Source of the DNA: Prevotella phage Lak-A1
Sequence record: MK250016.1
Reading direction: 5' to 3' (one strand)
Length of the DNA: 32,000 nt
Shown: piece by piece, positions 1 to 10,900 of the stretch
How the letters are laid out: each line of letters opens with the position of its first letter
Position numbering within the stretch: position 1 is the stretch's first letter
Notes under the pieces: generated by a model
Seen by the model: only the letters and a program-made list of their open reading frames with translations
Database searches by the model: none
What the model was told of the DNA's origin: nothing
Position numbers and translations under genes: made by a program

Positions 1-463
1 TAAATTGTAATATACTTATTAACGTTTTTTGAGAAATCATATTATTAAATGTATCAATAAACTATTTCATTTCATCATCAGTTATTGGTTCAATATTATA
101 TAATTTATCTTTATCGATTTCTGTAGTTTCATTCTATATAATATATTTTATTATAGTTTTATATGATATATTTGAAATATCATTTTGACTTAACTATATA
201 TTATTTTTAAATATATCATTTTCTATAATTTGTGAAATTTTTTCATTTATTAAATTATTTGGTTCTAAGTAAATATTTAATGGCGTTATTCCACATTTTC
301 TTAAAAACTAATTTAATTTAATTGCCTTATTTTTTATATCTGCATTTGTATTGTTATCATCATTTAATTCATTTATAATATTACTAAATTCATTGAATAA
401 ATCAGTTGATAACATATTATGATATACTACATTATATATTATATTATCTATTTGCTATAACAT
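1..463 (-). CDS. hypothetical protein, 3' part cut by window edge (MLQQIDNIIYNVVYHNMLSTDLFNEFSNIINELN...)
   Basis: Open on the minus strand from ATG (cat 461-463) to the window edge only if several in-frame TAGs are read as sense; no TAA/TGA met in manual translation. Confidence 0.6.
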
Positions 464-476
464 AACTTATATTCAT

Positions 477-3113
477 TTAATTTTGATTATTTTTTGAGTT
501 ATTCAATATATTTAATAACTACGCATATGTATATAATGTTTCTTGCTCTTCTTGCTGTTTCTTTAATTCATCTGAAGATTCTTTTGTAATAGGATATTTA
601 TCAGTATATAGTTTTATAAGGTAGAATATCTGTTTATAATAAAGCATTACAGCTAGCAAATTTGGATATTGAACTGTCAAAAATTCCTATATAGACTTAT
701 ACATACAACTATTACCATTATCACCTGTAATTGAACGAATACGTGATTCTATTCTATCATCTAAATCATCTGCATATCGTGCCCATATATTTTGAAGACT
801 TGTCGCACGAACAGGATGTTTAGACAGTGCAGCTTTAAACTTATCACCTAATGTTGACTATGCAGACTATGATGTTCTGCATATTAATCCTATTTTTTCA
901 GTAATTTCTTTATCTGCTGCTTCTTTTAATTTTTTCATTCGTTCACGAGCATTTTTAATTATATACCATTCTTCTGGATTACCATAACTTGTAATAATTC
1001 CTGTAATTTCTCTTGTTAAATTGTCCTTAACAAACTTGTATGTTTGCTCATTTCCGTCTTCTAACTATTTAATAATTTCATCACTATTTTTAATTTGCTC
1101 ATTTTCAAATAGAGAATTATATGCATAACTATACTTATCATTATAAGTAAATACTGATACTGATTCATCCTTTAAGTTTAAAGAATATGCTACTTTTTGT
1201 AACTCGTCATATTTACTATATGGTGTATATTTTGCAATTATAAGGTCTAAATCTTTATTACGTGAATCTGTATCTTGTATTTTAGAAGTTACACGGTCTT
1301 TAAATTCTTTTAATTTTTTCTTATCTGTTATACCTAATTTCTATATAAACTTATCAGATGATGTCCATGATAGAATTTTGCTTGATCTTCTTGCAGTTTC
1401 ACTAAATTCTCGCCAACCATTTAAATCCTTTTGATATTCATTATCCATAATTTGTTTTAATACTGCATCTTCTTTCTTCATATACTTATCCATATTACCT
1501 TCGGATGCATTATTCATATCAGATACTTTCTAAGCGAAATTACTCATCTCTTTAGTACCATTATTACCACAAATTGATTTCATTAATGTTGTTACAATAG
1601 ATATACTACTACGTACATAATTATCAATTGCATCTATTAAATTACCATTAAATGCAGATGCTTCATTTTCTACACGTTTCTTTGTTTCCTAATCTAATTC
1701 ACTTCCTAATACAGAAGTTGGATCTAAATCTCCAGTTAATGGTCCACTTAATGAAACACCTTTTGTTTTATCTAATCCTTCTTCATTCTCAACTTCAAAT
1801 AATGATAATACTTTATTTAAAGATAACATATATGACTCATTTTTTAATGTTTCATATTTTACAATATCATCTAATTTCACATGTTCTTTATTAAAATATT
1901 TAAGTCCTATATCAGAAGCTTTATCCTATATAATTTCCTTTGTAGGTTTCATGAATAATGAACCATTTGGATTTTCATTTGCTTTTGTAGGATAATCAAT
2001 ATTAGACATTAACATTGCATAATTTGTTGGTAATGATGGTAACATTAATAATGACTTATTAAAACGTTTTTCATTTACCTTAATTGGTAATAGTTTTTTT
2101 GTACCTTCATTTATATAAGCATCTTCTCCTTCTGTAGAAACACCATTTACAATATCAAAAAATTGACCTAAACCTGAATCATCTGACGGCTCATCACCTG
2201 AAGTTATACTATTAAAATTAGTTAATGAAGGTGATAAAAAACCTAATCTGTGAATACATTGTGTATATAAACATGCCATATTTCTTTCTGCAGTTTCCTG
2301 GATAGTTCTAAAACATGCTTTATTGTAATCACCTGTATTTTGTTTATTCTTTCTACCAGGTAATAAAAATGAATACCAAGGACGTTTTTTATTTACACCT
2401 GAATCTGTTAACTCTACAAGCTTATTCATATATTGCTTAAGCTTCATCATCGCTAATCTATCTTTTCCTTTCATAAACAACCACGCAATAATACCTAATA
2501 AACCTGTTAACAAACCAGCACTTAATTTCAAAATCCAAGAACAATCCATCCACCAATCAGCTGCATGACCTTCAGCTTCATTTAATGTATGAAGATCTGG
2601 ATCATTCATAATATATTCAAAAATATTCTTTTTGATATTATTATATTCATCTAAACCAACTTCGGCAATAAGTTCCTTATCAAATAATTCATCAAACTAT
2701 GATTCGAATAACATCTCATCCATCATTTGTTTTATTTGACGTTTCTCTTCTTCACTATATTCATTAGAAAGTTTTATATCCTGAATATCTTCATATGTTA
2801 TTTCATCATCTGAATTATCAATAACATCTTCAGATTCTTTAAGATTAAACGGCATTGTACCATAATATGCATCGCAGTTACTGCATACATATACAGGTTC
2901 TCCTTGTATTTTCAAAACAACTTTACCACCGCATTTTGGACATATATTTGGAACAATATTACCTTCATCATTATATATACGTTTCTTTTTCTTAGATTCT
3001 TGAAGCTATTTCATTTCAGGACATAAACCGGAATGTTCGTATTCATATATTTTTCTATCTTCAGGACTAAGTAAACTTAAACGTTCTTTAGATAATTTTC
3101 TTGGAAATTTCAT
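477..3113 (-). CDS. large hypothetical protein (~878 aa) with N-terminal zinc-ribbon-like CPKCGG...CSNC motif and a central transmembrane segment (WILKLSAGLLTGLLGIIAWLFM); possible virion or membrane-associated protein
   Basis: Track ORFs 2697..2915, 1926..2609 and 1689..1880 share one frame, separated only by TAG (cta at 3006, 2697, 1926, 1689, 1530, 1341, 1065, 867, 858, 687, 519). Codon-by-codon check found no TAA/TGA until tta at 477. Confidence 0.85.
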
Positions 3114-3177
3114 TTAATTAAAAACTTTGTTTTCATATTTATTATTGAAAATAAATTATCTCATTTTTATAAATAAA

Positions 3178-3218
3178 AAATAAGGAATTAGAATATCAGC
3201 AAATTCTAATTCCTTATT
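3178..3218. terminator. bidirectional intrinsic terminator-like hairpin
   Basis: aataaggaattagaat...attctaattccttatt perfect inverted repeat with flanking A/T runs between genes. Confidence 0.75.
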
Positions 3219-3225
3219 ATATTTT

Positions 3226-3516
3226 TTAACGTCCACTAATCATTTTATCAATCTTTCTGAAAATTGCATTTACTTCATCATATGAAATATCACCATCATT
3301 CAATAGTCCAACTATTTTAAGAATATCTTCTAACATCCATTGAATATTATTAATAACTTCAGCTTTCAAACTTTCGTCACCAGTTTTATCAAGACACACA
3401 TTGATATTATATGCATAATCTTCATAACTTTGATTTTCATTCAAACGTCTTTTAATAGTTTTTGATACACTTCTCATGATATTCTCATAAAGTGCTTTCT
3501 TTTGCATTTTATTCAT
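3226..3516 (-). CDS. small hypothetical protein (96 aa)
   Basis: Intact ORF, ATG to TAA, upstream of the 477..3113 gene. Confidence 0.65.
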   Translation of the reverse strand: MNKMQKKALYENIMRSVSKTIKRRLNENQSYEDYAYNINVCLDKTGDESLKAEVINNIQWMLEDILKIVGLLNDGDISYDEVNAIFRKIDKMISGR

Positions 3517-3596
3517 AATTTTTAATAGTTTTTTTCTTATATGTTATTTATCAAATAAAACAAACAATATATTTTTTGATATAATTAAATAATAAT

Positions 3597-3971
3597 ATGA
3601 TGCAATTAAAACTTTTAGGAGTACTTCAGGATTATGATAGTCCTTATGTCTCCTTATATAGAGACGATAATAGTCAAAATTTATATTTGGCTGTGGAACA
3701 AAACTCAGATAAACCAAAAGAGTTTTGCACATTGTTACTTCATGTGTCTAAAAGATTAGTCGAATATTATTTGCAGAATAAAATTGGCCTCCGAGAAATC
3801 TATAAGAATGTGAAAAGTAAATATATTTGGTTTCACAAAAAAGATCAGATTTGTACATTGGTAGATGTAGGTAATGAAGATGTGTCTAAATACATAGATA
3901 TTGATGATGATATGTTTGATCCTGATTTTTGCAATCATGAAGCTAGCATAAAGTATTATTTAAACAAGTAA
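3597..3971 (+). CDS. hypothetical protein (124 aa), possibly truncated
   Basis: Intact ORF ending in TAA; coding-like sequence continues downstream in other frames (see 3972..4180). Confidence 0.6.
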   Translation: MMQLKLLGVLQDYDSPYVSLYRDDNSQNLYLAVEQNSDKPKEFCTLLLHVSKRLVEYYLQNKIGLREIYKNVKSKYIWFHKKDQICTLVDVGNEDVSKYIDIDDDMFDPDFCNHEASIKYYLNK

Positions 3972-4180
3972 AATTACTAAATGTACTAGAGAGTGACTTG
4001 AAATATGATCGAACACTTGATTTCAAGAAAGCCTTAAAAATAAAGAGATAGAACTTGACGTTGGTGCAACTTTGTTACAACATAAGGAGAATGACATTTT
4101 AGTAAGGTTTTCAAAGATTTCTCGTGCTTACAGCGTATAGCTGCTTAGCACATTATTGAATTATTAACGAACTATTGATA
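3972..4180 (+). pseudogene. possible decayed 3' portion of the 3597 gene, or a structured non-coding region
   Basis: Frame fragments LNVLESDLKYDRTLDFKKALKIK and (different frame) KNKEIELDVGATLLQHKENDILVRFSKISRAYSVQLLSTLLNY* lack a shared start. Contains hairpins CTTGAAAT(3997)/ATTTCAAG(4020) and GTGCTtaCAGC/GCTGcttAGCAC (4124-4151). Confidence 0.3.
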
Positions 4181-4200
4181 TAATATATAACTATATTTTT

Positions 4201-5100
4201 ATGAATGCAAAACCAATTATCAAATGGGTAGGTGGAAAAACCCAATTATTAAATACAATAAATGATAATCTTCCACAAAATATATCACATTTTAACACAT
4301 ATATGGAACCATTCATTGGTGGTGCTGCAGTATTATTTTATATTGTTCCAAAATTACCTAATATAAAAAATGTGTTTATAAATGACTTAAATTATAAATT
4401 GACAAATTTATATACAGTTGTGAAAAATAAACATTTGAAATTAATTAATCAATTAAAAACAATACAGGAAGAATATAGAAAATCTGAAGATCCGAAAATG
4501 TTTTATTATAATACACGTGATTCATTTAATATATATGATATGAATATGGAACCAGATGCAGATGTATTACATGCAGCTGAATTTATATTCTTAAATAAGA
4601 CATGTTTTAACGGATTATACAGAGAGAATTCAAAAGGTGAATTTAATGTACCATGGAATAAGAATGTAAATGTTTGTATATGTGATGAAGAAAATATTAA
4701 AGCAGTACATAAATTTTTCATTAAATACAATGTTCAAATATCTACCGGTACATATAATGATTTTTTTAAAGGTAAAGGGATGTATATGAAAAATGCATTT
4801 GTTTATATGGATCCACCATATAGACCTATTACTAAATCAGCTGCATTTACGTCATATACAAAATCAGGTTTTAATGATAATAATCAAAAAGAATTAAAAA
4901 TTTGGATTGATATTTTAAATAGTAGTAATGCTTATTGCATGTTAAGTAATTCAGATCCAAAAAATTATGATGTAAATGATACGTTTTTTGATGACTTATA
5001 TTCAGATTATAATATAATTAGAGTAAATGCTAAAAGATCTATCAATTCAAAAGGAAATGGACGTGGTAGTATAACAGAAATATTGGTAAAAAATTATTAA
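4201..5100 (+). CDS. dam: DNA adenine methylase, Dam/D12 class
   Basis: N-terminal KPIIKWVGGKTQLL, PFIGGAAVLFY, and catalytic DPPYRPIT motif. No in-frame TAG. Confidence 0.93.
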   Translation: MNAKPIIKWVGGKTQLLNTINDNLPQNISHFNTYMEPFIGGAAVLFYIVPKLPNIKNVFINDLNYKLTNLYTVVKNKHLKLINQLKTIQEEYRKSEDPKMFYYNTRDSFNIYDMNMEPDADVLHAAEFIFLNKTCFNGLYRENSKGEFNVPWNKNVNVCICDEENIKAVHKFFIKYNVQISTGTYNDFFKGKGMYMKNAFVYMDPPYRPITKSAAFTSYTKSGFNDNNQKELKIWIDILNSSNAYCMLSNSDPKNYDVNDTFFDDLYSDYNIIRVNAKRSINSKGNGRGSITEILVKNY

Positions 5101-5131
5101 TAAAATAAATACTTAAACATATATCTGATAT

Positions 5132-6124
5132 ATGAAATTTATACATAATCTGACTGAATAGAATAATATATTGTCATATAATGAAATATTAAATACAATT
5201 AATAACATTAATGAAGAATATCATGAAGTAACAAATTTTGATAATATGATAAAAGATGTTGCTAAACAAATATATTATTCTAATTATACTGATTTTTATA
5301 CAGGTTGGAATTGGTTTATTAAAGAACAAACATGTTTAAAAGTTAATACTGAATATAAATCAGATAATACAGTTTATAAAGATAATATAGGATGTCCTAT
5401 ATATATTAAATTTGATGATTTAGAAAATAATACATATTTTGCTGTATAGATGAGAGATAATACGTATAACATACCAATATATGTTAACAAACATTATAAC
5501 TTATCTATATAGCAATATGCATATAAATTAAAACATGAAATTACACATATACGTACAATGTATTCTAAAATAGATTCAAATCCGTTAGATTCATTAAAGA
5601 ATAGATCATCAAGTATTGAATTGGATAATATAAGATTAATAAATAATAAACAATTTCCATTTATATATAATGTTTGTTATTTATTATCACCAACTGAATA
5701 GCAAGCACGTATAAATGAATATATATTTTTTATAAAAGATTATTTAAAAGAAAATGATATAGATAATGTAAACAGTCATAAATTAATAAATGAATTAATT
5801 GAAAAAGGATATGAACATACATTATTAAAAGATTTCTTTGATATATATGAAAAATTAGAATTTATGGTAAATGCTTAGATTTATATATAGGTAATATCAT
5901 TAGGATATGTGTTATAGAAATATAATTTATTTAAATCTAATATAACAGATACAGATTTACTGAGATTAGAATCTGATAGAACAGGAATGATATATAAGTA
6001 TATTAAATCAGATGAAGATAATTCATATAAAATATTAGAGTTTTTAAAATAGAATTTATCTGATTACTATACAAAATTAAAAAACGTAACATACAAAACA
6101 TTAAAAGAAAATAACATAATTTAA
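5132..6124 (+). CDS. hypothetical protein (~330 aa) with 8 in-frame TAG codons
   Basis: ATG at 5132; TAG at 5159, 5447, 5510, 5699, 5876, 5888, 5915, 6050 all in frame; TAA at 6122. Translated manually without TAA/TGA. Confidence 0.8.
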
Positions 6125-6130
6125 TTATAT

Positions 6131-6604
6131 ATGAAGACTAATTTAAATGGTGGTTGTTTATTACCAAATGAAGAGATTATTGTAAAAGATGGACTTGTAT
6201 TGATGTCTGAAATTAAAGTAGGTGATAAAGTTTTATCACATGATGGTGATTACCATGAAGTAGAGCATGTATGGAATTTTGAGAAACCTACATACTATGT
6301 ATCACTTTCAAACGGTGATCATATCGAATGTTCAAATACACATAGATTTTTGGTAAATAAGAATAAGATTGAGAAGGAATCATCATGGAAAACTGCTGAA
6401 GAACTTCATGATGGAGATGAAATCTTTACAATGAGTACCATTAATATGGACATTAATGAGAAAATTAAGTTTAATAAAATAAAGATTGTCCGTATATTCA
6501 AATCAGGAATTAATAATCCTGTGATTGACATTACTGTCAAAGATACACATACATATATTTCAGCTAATGGTATTGTTAATCATAATTCAGGAACTAATTT
6601 CTGA
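6131..6604 (+). CDS. stand-alone mini-intein (Hint domain, no homing endonuclease) with an 8-aa N-extein and a 5-aa C-extein
   Basis: MKTNLNGG|CLLPNEEIIVKDGLVLMSEIKVGDKVLSHDG...CSNTHRFLV...VIDITVKDTHTYISANGIVNHN|SGTNF*. Hint block A, B-block TH, and C-terminal HN followed by Ser are recognisable; ends in TGA TAA. Confidence 0.85.
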   Translation: MKTNLNGGCLLPNEEIIVKDGLVLMSEIKVGDKVLSHDGDYHEVEHVWNFEKPTYYVSLSNGDHIECSNTHRFLVNKNKIEKESSWKTAEELHDGDEIFTMSTINMDINEKIKFNKIKIVRIFKSGINNPVIDITVKDTHTYISANGIVNHNSGTNF

Positions 6605-6619
6605 TAAAGAATTATAATA

Positions 6620-7018
6620 ATGAATTATAAAGAAACATATTTAAAACCAGAAATTGCATTCTTACTGAAAAAGCATAACTATAATATCGATAAAACTCGA
6701 TATATGGTAAACAGAGACGGAACATTAGTTGAATCTACTAATGAATTATAGAAACATTATAATCATTTAGAATTAGCTTATAATCCTAATGCAGAAGAAG
6801 TAATCGATTATTTCAAAAAACAATCAATCTATATTAACATTAATAAAGTAGATAATAATAAATGGGAATGGATTATTTCATTTGGTAAGAAATCTGTATA
6901 TTCTGGTGAAACTGCAAACGGAAATATCGGGCATAATCTTCCAGAATCACGTCAATTTTTTAACAATGAAAAAGACACATATTATGATGCAGTTATAGAA
7001 CTTATTGTTTTAATTTAA
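6620..7018 (+). CDS. hypothetical protein (132 aa), one in-frame TAG at 6749
   Basis: MNYKETYLKPEIAFLLKKHNYNIDKTRYMVNRDGTLVESTNELQKHYNH...; absent from the track because of the TAG. Confidence 0.65.
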
Positions 7019-7022
7019 TATA

Positions 7023-7062
7023 TAAGAGGATATGGATTTAATTCTATATTCTCTTTTTTTTT
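7023..7062 (+). terminator. intrinsic terminator-like hairpin with long T run
   Basis: aagaggatatggatttaattctatattctctttttttttttt. Confidence 0.65.
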
Positions 7063-7081
7063 TTCTTTCAAATAAAATATG

Positions 7082-7089
7082 TATCTTTG
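7082..7089 (+). promoter_or_regulatory. Bacteroidetes-type -7 promoter element (TATCTTTG)
   Basis: TAnnTTTG match ~30 nt upstream of the cca start codon. Confidence 0.6.
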
Positions 7090-7119
7090 TATAAAATATG
7101 AATTAATAATTATAAGAGA

Positions 7120-8373
7120 ATGGATACAAAAACATATATGGCAATTAAAGATTGTCTTAGAATAATTATTCAAGGATCTGAATTTGAAAACAATTTATTT
7201 GCAGTCGGTGGATGTTGTAGAGATGAGATTTTAGGAAATAATATAAAAGATTTAGACCTTGTTGTTTCATTGGAAAACGGCGGTATTAAATTTGCAGAAT
7301 GGTTGGAAAAGAATCATTTTACAAAAGGAACTGTTGTGACATATCCTCGATATGGAACTGCTATGTTCAGACTAAAGGATTTTCCTAATGAAGAACTTGA
7401 AGTTGTACAAACAAGAACTGAAATTTATACAACAGATTCAAGAAAACCAGATACAACATTCGGTTCACTTAAGCAGGATTGCATGCGTAGAGACCTTACA
7501 ATCAATGCAATTTATTATGATATTTCAAACAGTAAATTTATTGATGTTACAAACAGATCATTTGATGACATTAAAAATAAAATTATTGTAACACCATGTG
7601 AACCAGATCAGACATATATTGATGATCCTCTTCGCATTATGAGATGTGTAAGATTTGCATGTAAACTTGGTTGGAATATAGATAAAAATGTATTCAACAG
7701 TATGAAGAAAAATATAGATAGACTATCTATTATTTCAAAAGAAAGAATACAGGATGAACTTATGAAAATATTGAATACACCAAATTCAAAATTAGGTATT
7801 GATTATCTATTTGATATTGATGCAATGAAATTTATTTTCCCTTGTATAAATCATAATATTCCTGGACATTTTATTGATTTAGATAAGACATATAAACCTT
7901 ATTTAAAATTAGCATTAATTAATATTAATAATTCTAATGTTAAAGAAGATTTAATTAATCTTAAATTTTCTACATATGAAATTAATACAATAATGAATTA
8001 TATTAATGTATATCATGATATGTCGAAAATTAATAATCAATCATCACCCAGTGATATTAGACGAATGTTATATAAATGTAAAACATTAAATATATTCTTT
8101 GATGTATATAACATGATAGTAATATATGAATCAAATAACAATAAATTAAAATCAATTCATGATGCTATTTCGAAAGGAATAAATTGTAATGATTTAATTA
8201 AGATGTTTGAATATAAGTTACCAGTTAATGGTAATGATATTATGGATGTATTTAATATTAAACCCGGACCAAAAATTAAAGAATATCTTGATAAAAGTTT
8301 GGATATTGTCTTTGATAATCCTTATATAACAAAAGATGAAATTTTAAATAAGTTAAAAGAGATTAAAAATTAA
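7120..8373 (+). CDS. cca: CCA-adding tRNA nucleotidyltransferase / poly(A) polymerase family
   Basis: FAVGGCCRDEILGNNIKDLDLVV, RRDLTINAIYYD, YIDDPLRIMRCVRFACKLGWNID, ISKERIQDELMKIL. Confidence 0.93.
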   Translation: MDTKTYMAIKDCLRIIIQGSEFENNLFAVGGCCRDEILGNNIKDLDLVVSLENGGIKFAEWLEKNHFTKGTVVTYPRYGTAMFRLKDFPNEELEVVQTRTEIYTTDSRKPDTTFGSLKQDCMRRDLTINAIYYDISNSKFIDVTNRSFDDIKNKIIVTPCEPDQTYIDDPLRIMRCVRFACKLGWNIDKNVFNSMKKNIDRLSIISKERIQDELMKILNTPNSKLGIDYLFDIDAMKFIFPCINHNIPGHFIDLDKTYKPYLKLALININNSNVKEDLINLKFSTYEINTIMNYINVYHDMSKINNQSSPSDIRRMLYKCKTLNIFFDVYNMIVIYESNNNKLKSIHDAISKGINCNDLIKMFEYKLPVNGNDIMDVFNIKPGPKIKEYLDKSLDIVFDNPYITKDEILNKLKEIKN

Positions 8374-8424
8374 AACAATTTATTGGTTAAACATTATAAA
8401 CATTAATTAAAACAGTTATTAGAT

Positions 8425-8574
8425 ATGGATTTAAATATTACACAGAGAGAAGGAATTAAGAAGTGTCTCTATGAGGATTTAAAGAAAATGTATGATGCAT
8501 TTATTTTGACTGATAGAGATAAGGTAGAAAGTGTATTTAATGAGTTTTTGAATAAATGTGAACGTTATATTTAA
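8425..8574 (+). CDS. small hypothetical protein (49 aa)
   Basis: ATG...TAA ORF filling the gap between cca and the 8581 gene. Confidence 0.5.
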   Translation: MDLNITQREGIKKCLYEDLKKMYDAFILTDRDKVESVFNEFLNKCERYI

Positions 8575-8580
8575 TTTGAT

Positions 8581-8979
8581 ATGAATTATTTTACTCATAC
8601 AGTAGATGATAATATTTGTAAGTGGTTACTTGATAATAAGTTTCCACTTACAACGTGTATACGAAATGATCATGATGAATCATTATATTATACATTGCCA
8701 TATGAAGATTCTGATGGATGGCAATATTGTGATGCATATTATAAACCTACATATTTTGATGTAAAAGAATGGTTATATAAAGAACATAATATACTTATTA
8801 ATTCGAATATTTATACTGATAGATTTTCTGTACAAATTAGATATAAATCAAAATCAGATAAGTATTTTGGAAACTGTTGGGAAATTGGTTATGGTTGTAA
8901 AACATTTGAAGATTGTTTAAAATCTGCAATTGAATATATTATTGAAAATAATATACTGAACGAAAAGAGTACAGAATAA
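8581..8979 (+). CDS. hypothetical protein (132 aa)
   Basis: Intact ORF. Confidence 0.65.
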   Translation: MNYFTHTVDDNICKWLLDNKFPLTTCIRNDHDESLYYTLPYEDSDGWQYCDAYYKPTYFDVKEWLYKEHNILINSNIYTDRFSVQIRYKSKSDKYFGNCWEIGYGCKTFEDCLKSAIEYIIENNILNEKSTE

Positions 8980-8984
8980 TTTAA

Positions 8985-9527
8985 TTATGTTAAAGGATTA
9001 AATAATTCCTTTTGTTCTTTAATATATTTTTTTGCTTCAGGTAGATTATCAAATAAAATATCATTTTCATCAGGTTGACAGTAAACCATATTTCCATCAT
9101 CTTCTATAATATAGATAATACCGAATGTATCTTGCATTGATGTTGGTTCAATTGGTTTACTGAATATGATTTTTCTTATTTGATTATCTACAATTACATA
9201 GTAAATATTTGCATTTGCATCTATATTACTAGTCCATTTACCGATATAATTTATTTTATCATCATATGATGATAATTCATTATTCATGACATTATCACCG
9301 AAAAATGAAGCTAGGTAATTATTATTTGCATTTACTTTATCTATGTTATCTCTAATAAGTCCATCAGATGTTAAATTAATTTGTGATTTATTATCATCTG
9401 GATAAAAATATCCACCTATTATAATATCATCAAATTCATCATTATCTTCTTTTGGATTTAACAACATATCAGATAAGTTATTTAACTGAGGAATATATTT
9501 ATGTAATAATTTATAGGTATATTTCAT
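8985..9527 (-). CDS. hypothetical protein (180 aa)
   Basis: Intact ORF, codon usage consistent with neighbours. Confidence 0.65.
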   Translation of the reverse strand: MKYTYKLLHKYIPQLNNLSDMLLNPKEDNDEFDDIIIGGYFYPDDNKSQINLTSDGLIRDNIDKVNANNNYLASFFGDNVMNNELSSYDDKINYIGKWTSNIDANANIYYVIVDNQIRKIIFSKPIEPTSMQDTFGIIYIIEDDGNMVYCQPDENDILFDNLPEAKKYIKEQKELFNPLT

Positions 9528-9565
9528 TTAATTTATTATATATAAACTTTAAAATATTTATTTAT

Positions 9566-9895
9566 ATGATTATAACATATACAGCATTTGATGGAAAGGT
9601 ATTTAATGATCAAAAGGAATGTGAAGACTATGAATATAAATTAAAACTTTTAGGAGTTGCATATTCAGAATTCAGTAAATTTCTTGATAAAATTCCAGAA
9701 GATTATAATGATAATCTTTGGATATGTAAAGAAAAATTAGAAATTAATGATGCATGTGGACAAGAACTTCCTACAATTGGAGATACTATAAAGGTTTTAA
9801 CAAAAGATGATTTATCACATATGAGAGTAATTAAGACTCTGCTTAAAAATTTTAAATTGGATGATAATGGAAACAACTAGAAATGTTATAGATAA
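9566..9895 (+). CDS. hypothetical protein (109 aa), in-frame TAG near the C-terminus
   Basis: ATG 9566, TAG 9878, TAA 9893; overlaps next gene start. Confidence 0.55.
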
Positions 9896-10415
9896 AATTA
9901 AATATCTATATAAAAGGTTATATAAAGCCGAATTATTTTCTTCATCGTTAGCAGTTCGTATGAATGAGCGTGATGACTTTTATGAATATTCTAGACAACA
10001 TCAACCAGCGTTTAAGATAGCTATGATGGAATTACTTAGTCATCCAGATGAAATGAATGCTCGTATTCCTTTTTACTGTTGTTATATATTACGTGAAAAT
10101 GATTTTCTTAAATTATATGAAAATAAAAAGGATAAATTACCTTTAAATGAAGATTATGAATGGGATGAATGTAATTTATGGTTAAATCATTTTAAATCAA
10201 CAAAAAATATAGATTACTACAAAGATTACAAAGAATATAAAAGATATTTAAATCTGAATTTTAAACCATTTAATCCATTTACTGGTAAAGATCCAAATCC
10301 TACATATGAAGAATATATCAGAAAAAGAGATTCTATCGATTCAATAAATAAATTTGTAACTAAATTAATAAAAGATAATAATATAAAGATAACATGGAAG
10401 TACGAGACGAAGTAA
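9861..10415 (+). CDS. hypothetical protein (184 aa)
   Basis: Intact ORF. Confidence 0.65.
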   Translation: MIMETTRNVIDKIKYLYKRLYKAELFSSSLAVRMNERDDFYEYSRQHQPAFKIAMMELLSHPDEMNARIPFYCCYILRENDFLKLYENKKDKLPLNEDYEWDECNLWLNHFKSTKNIDYYKDYKEYKRYLNLNFKPFNPFTGKDPNPTYEEYIRKRDSIDSINKFVTKLIKDNNIKITWKYETK

Positions 10416-10735
10416 AAAAGCGTATGGAAGAATCGTTAAAAGGATGTAAGATTATAGATAAACAAGACACACCTAAAACTACAATACTTCCAGATCTTTC
10501 AGATCCTGCTGAATATAAAAGATGGTTTAATATGGGTCCAAAAGAAGCAATGGTAAATCTACAAAAATATGTTGATTTAAACAAGAAAGATAATATTAAC
10601 TTTGAAACGGAGTTTAACTATCTTTATACGAATGGTGGAATTTGTGGATGGAATAAAATACCATATACAACATTTTATAATATTATATATGGTAAACAGC
10701 GTGTTGATTTTAATGGTAATTTAACAAATAATTAA
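10394..10735 (+). CDS. hypothetical protein (113 aa)
   Basis: Intact ORF, short overlap with previous gene. Confidence 0.6.
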   Translation: MEVRDEVKKRMEESLKGCKIIDKQDTPKTTILPDLSDPAEYKRWFNMGPKEAMVNLQKYVDLNKKDNINFETEFNYLYTNGGICGWNKIPYTTFYNIIYGKQRVDFNGNLTNN

Positions 10736-10738
10736 AAC

Positions 10739-10885
10739 ATGAATGTAGAACGAGCATTATTAAAATTAAATAAATTAAAATCTGAAATGGAATTAGAATG
10801 CTTTTATAACACCAATGTTGAATATAAAGCAAAACCATGGTTAGAATTGGTGGAAGATACTATAGCATTTTTAGATGGTAAATAA
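10739..10885 (+). CDS. small hypothetical protein (48 aa)
   Basis: MNVERALLKLNKLKSEMELECFYNTNVEYKAKPWLELVEDTIAFLDGK*. Confidence 0.5.
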   Translation: MNVERALLKLNKLKSEMELECFYNTNVEYKAKPWLELVEDTIAFLDGK

Positions 10886-10900
10886 AATTTATATAAAGTT

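Noticed and set aside
1652-1894. Plus-strand ORF opposite the 477..3113 gene
   Set aside because: Antisense shadow ORF of low-complexity Leu/His-rich sequence; the minus strand encodes a continuous recoded gene.
477-3113. Interpretation of in-frame TAGs as pseudogenisation
   Set aside because: Only TAG, never TAA/TGA, interrupts the frames, and the same pattern occurs in many genes with intact motifs.
3972-4200. tRNA gene (e.g. suppressor tRNA) in the dam-upstream spacer
   Set aside because: Hairpins present but no cloverleaf with a TTCRA T-loop and 7-bp acceptor stem could be built.
7388-7591. ORF inside cca in another frame
   Set aside because: Overlaps a strongly supported CCA-adding enzyme; no independent support.
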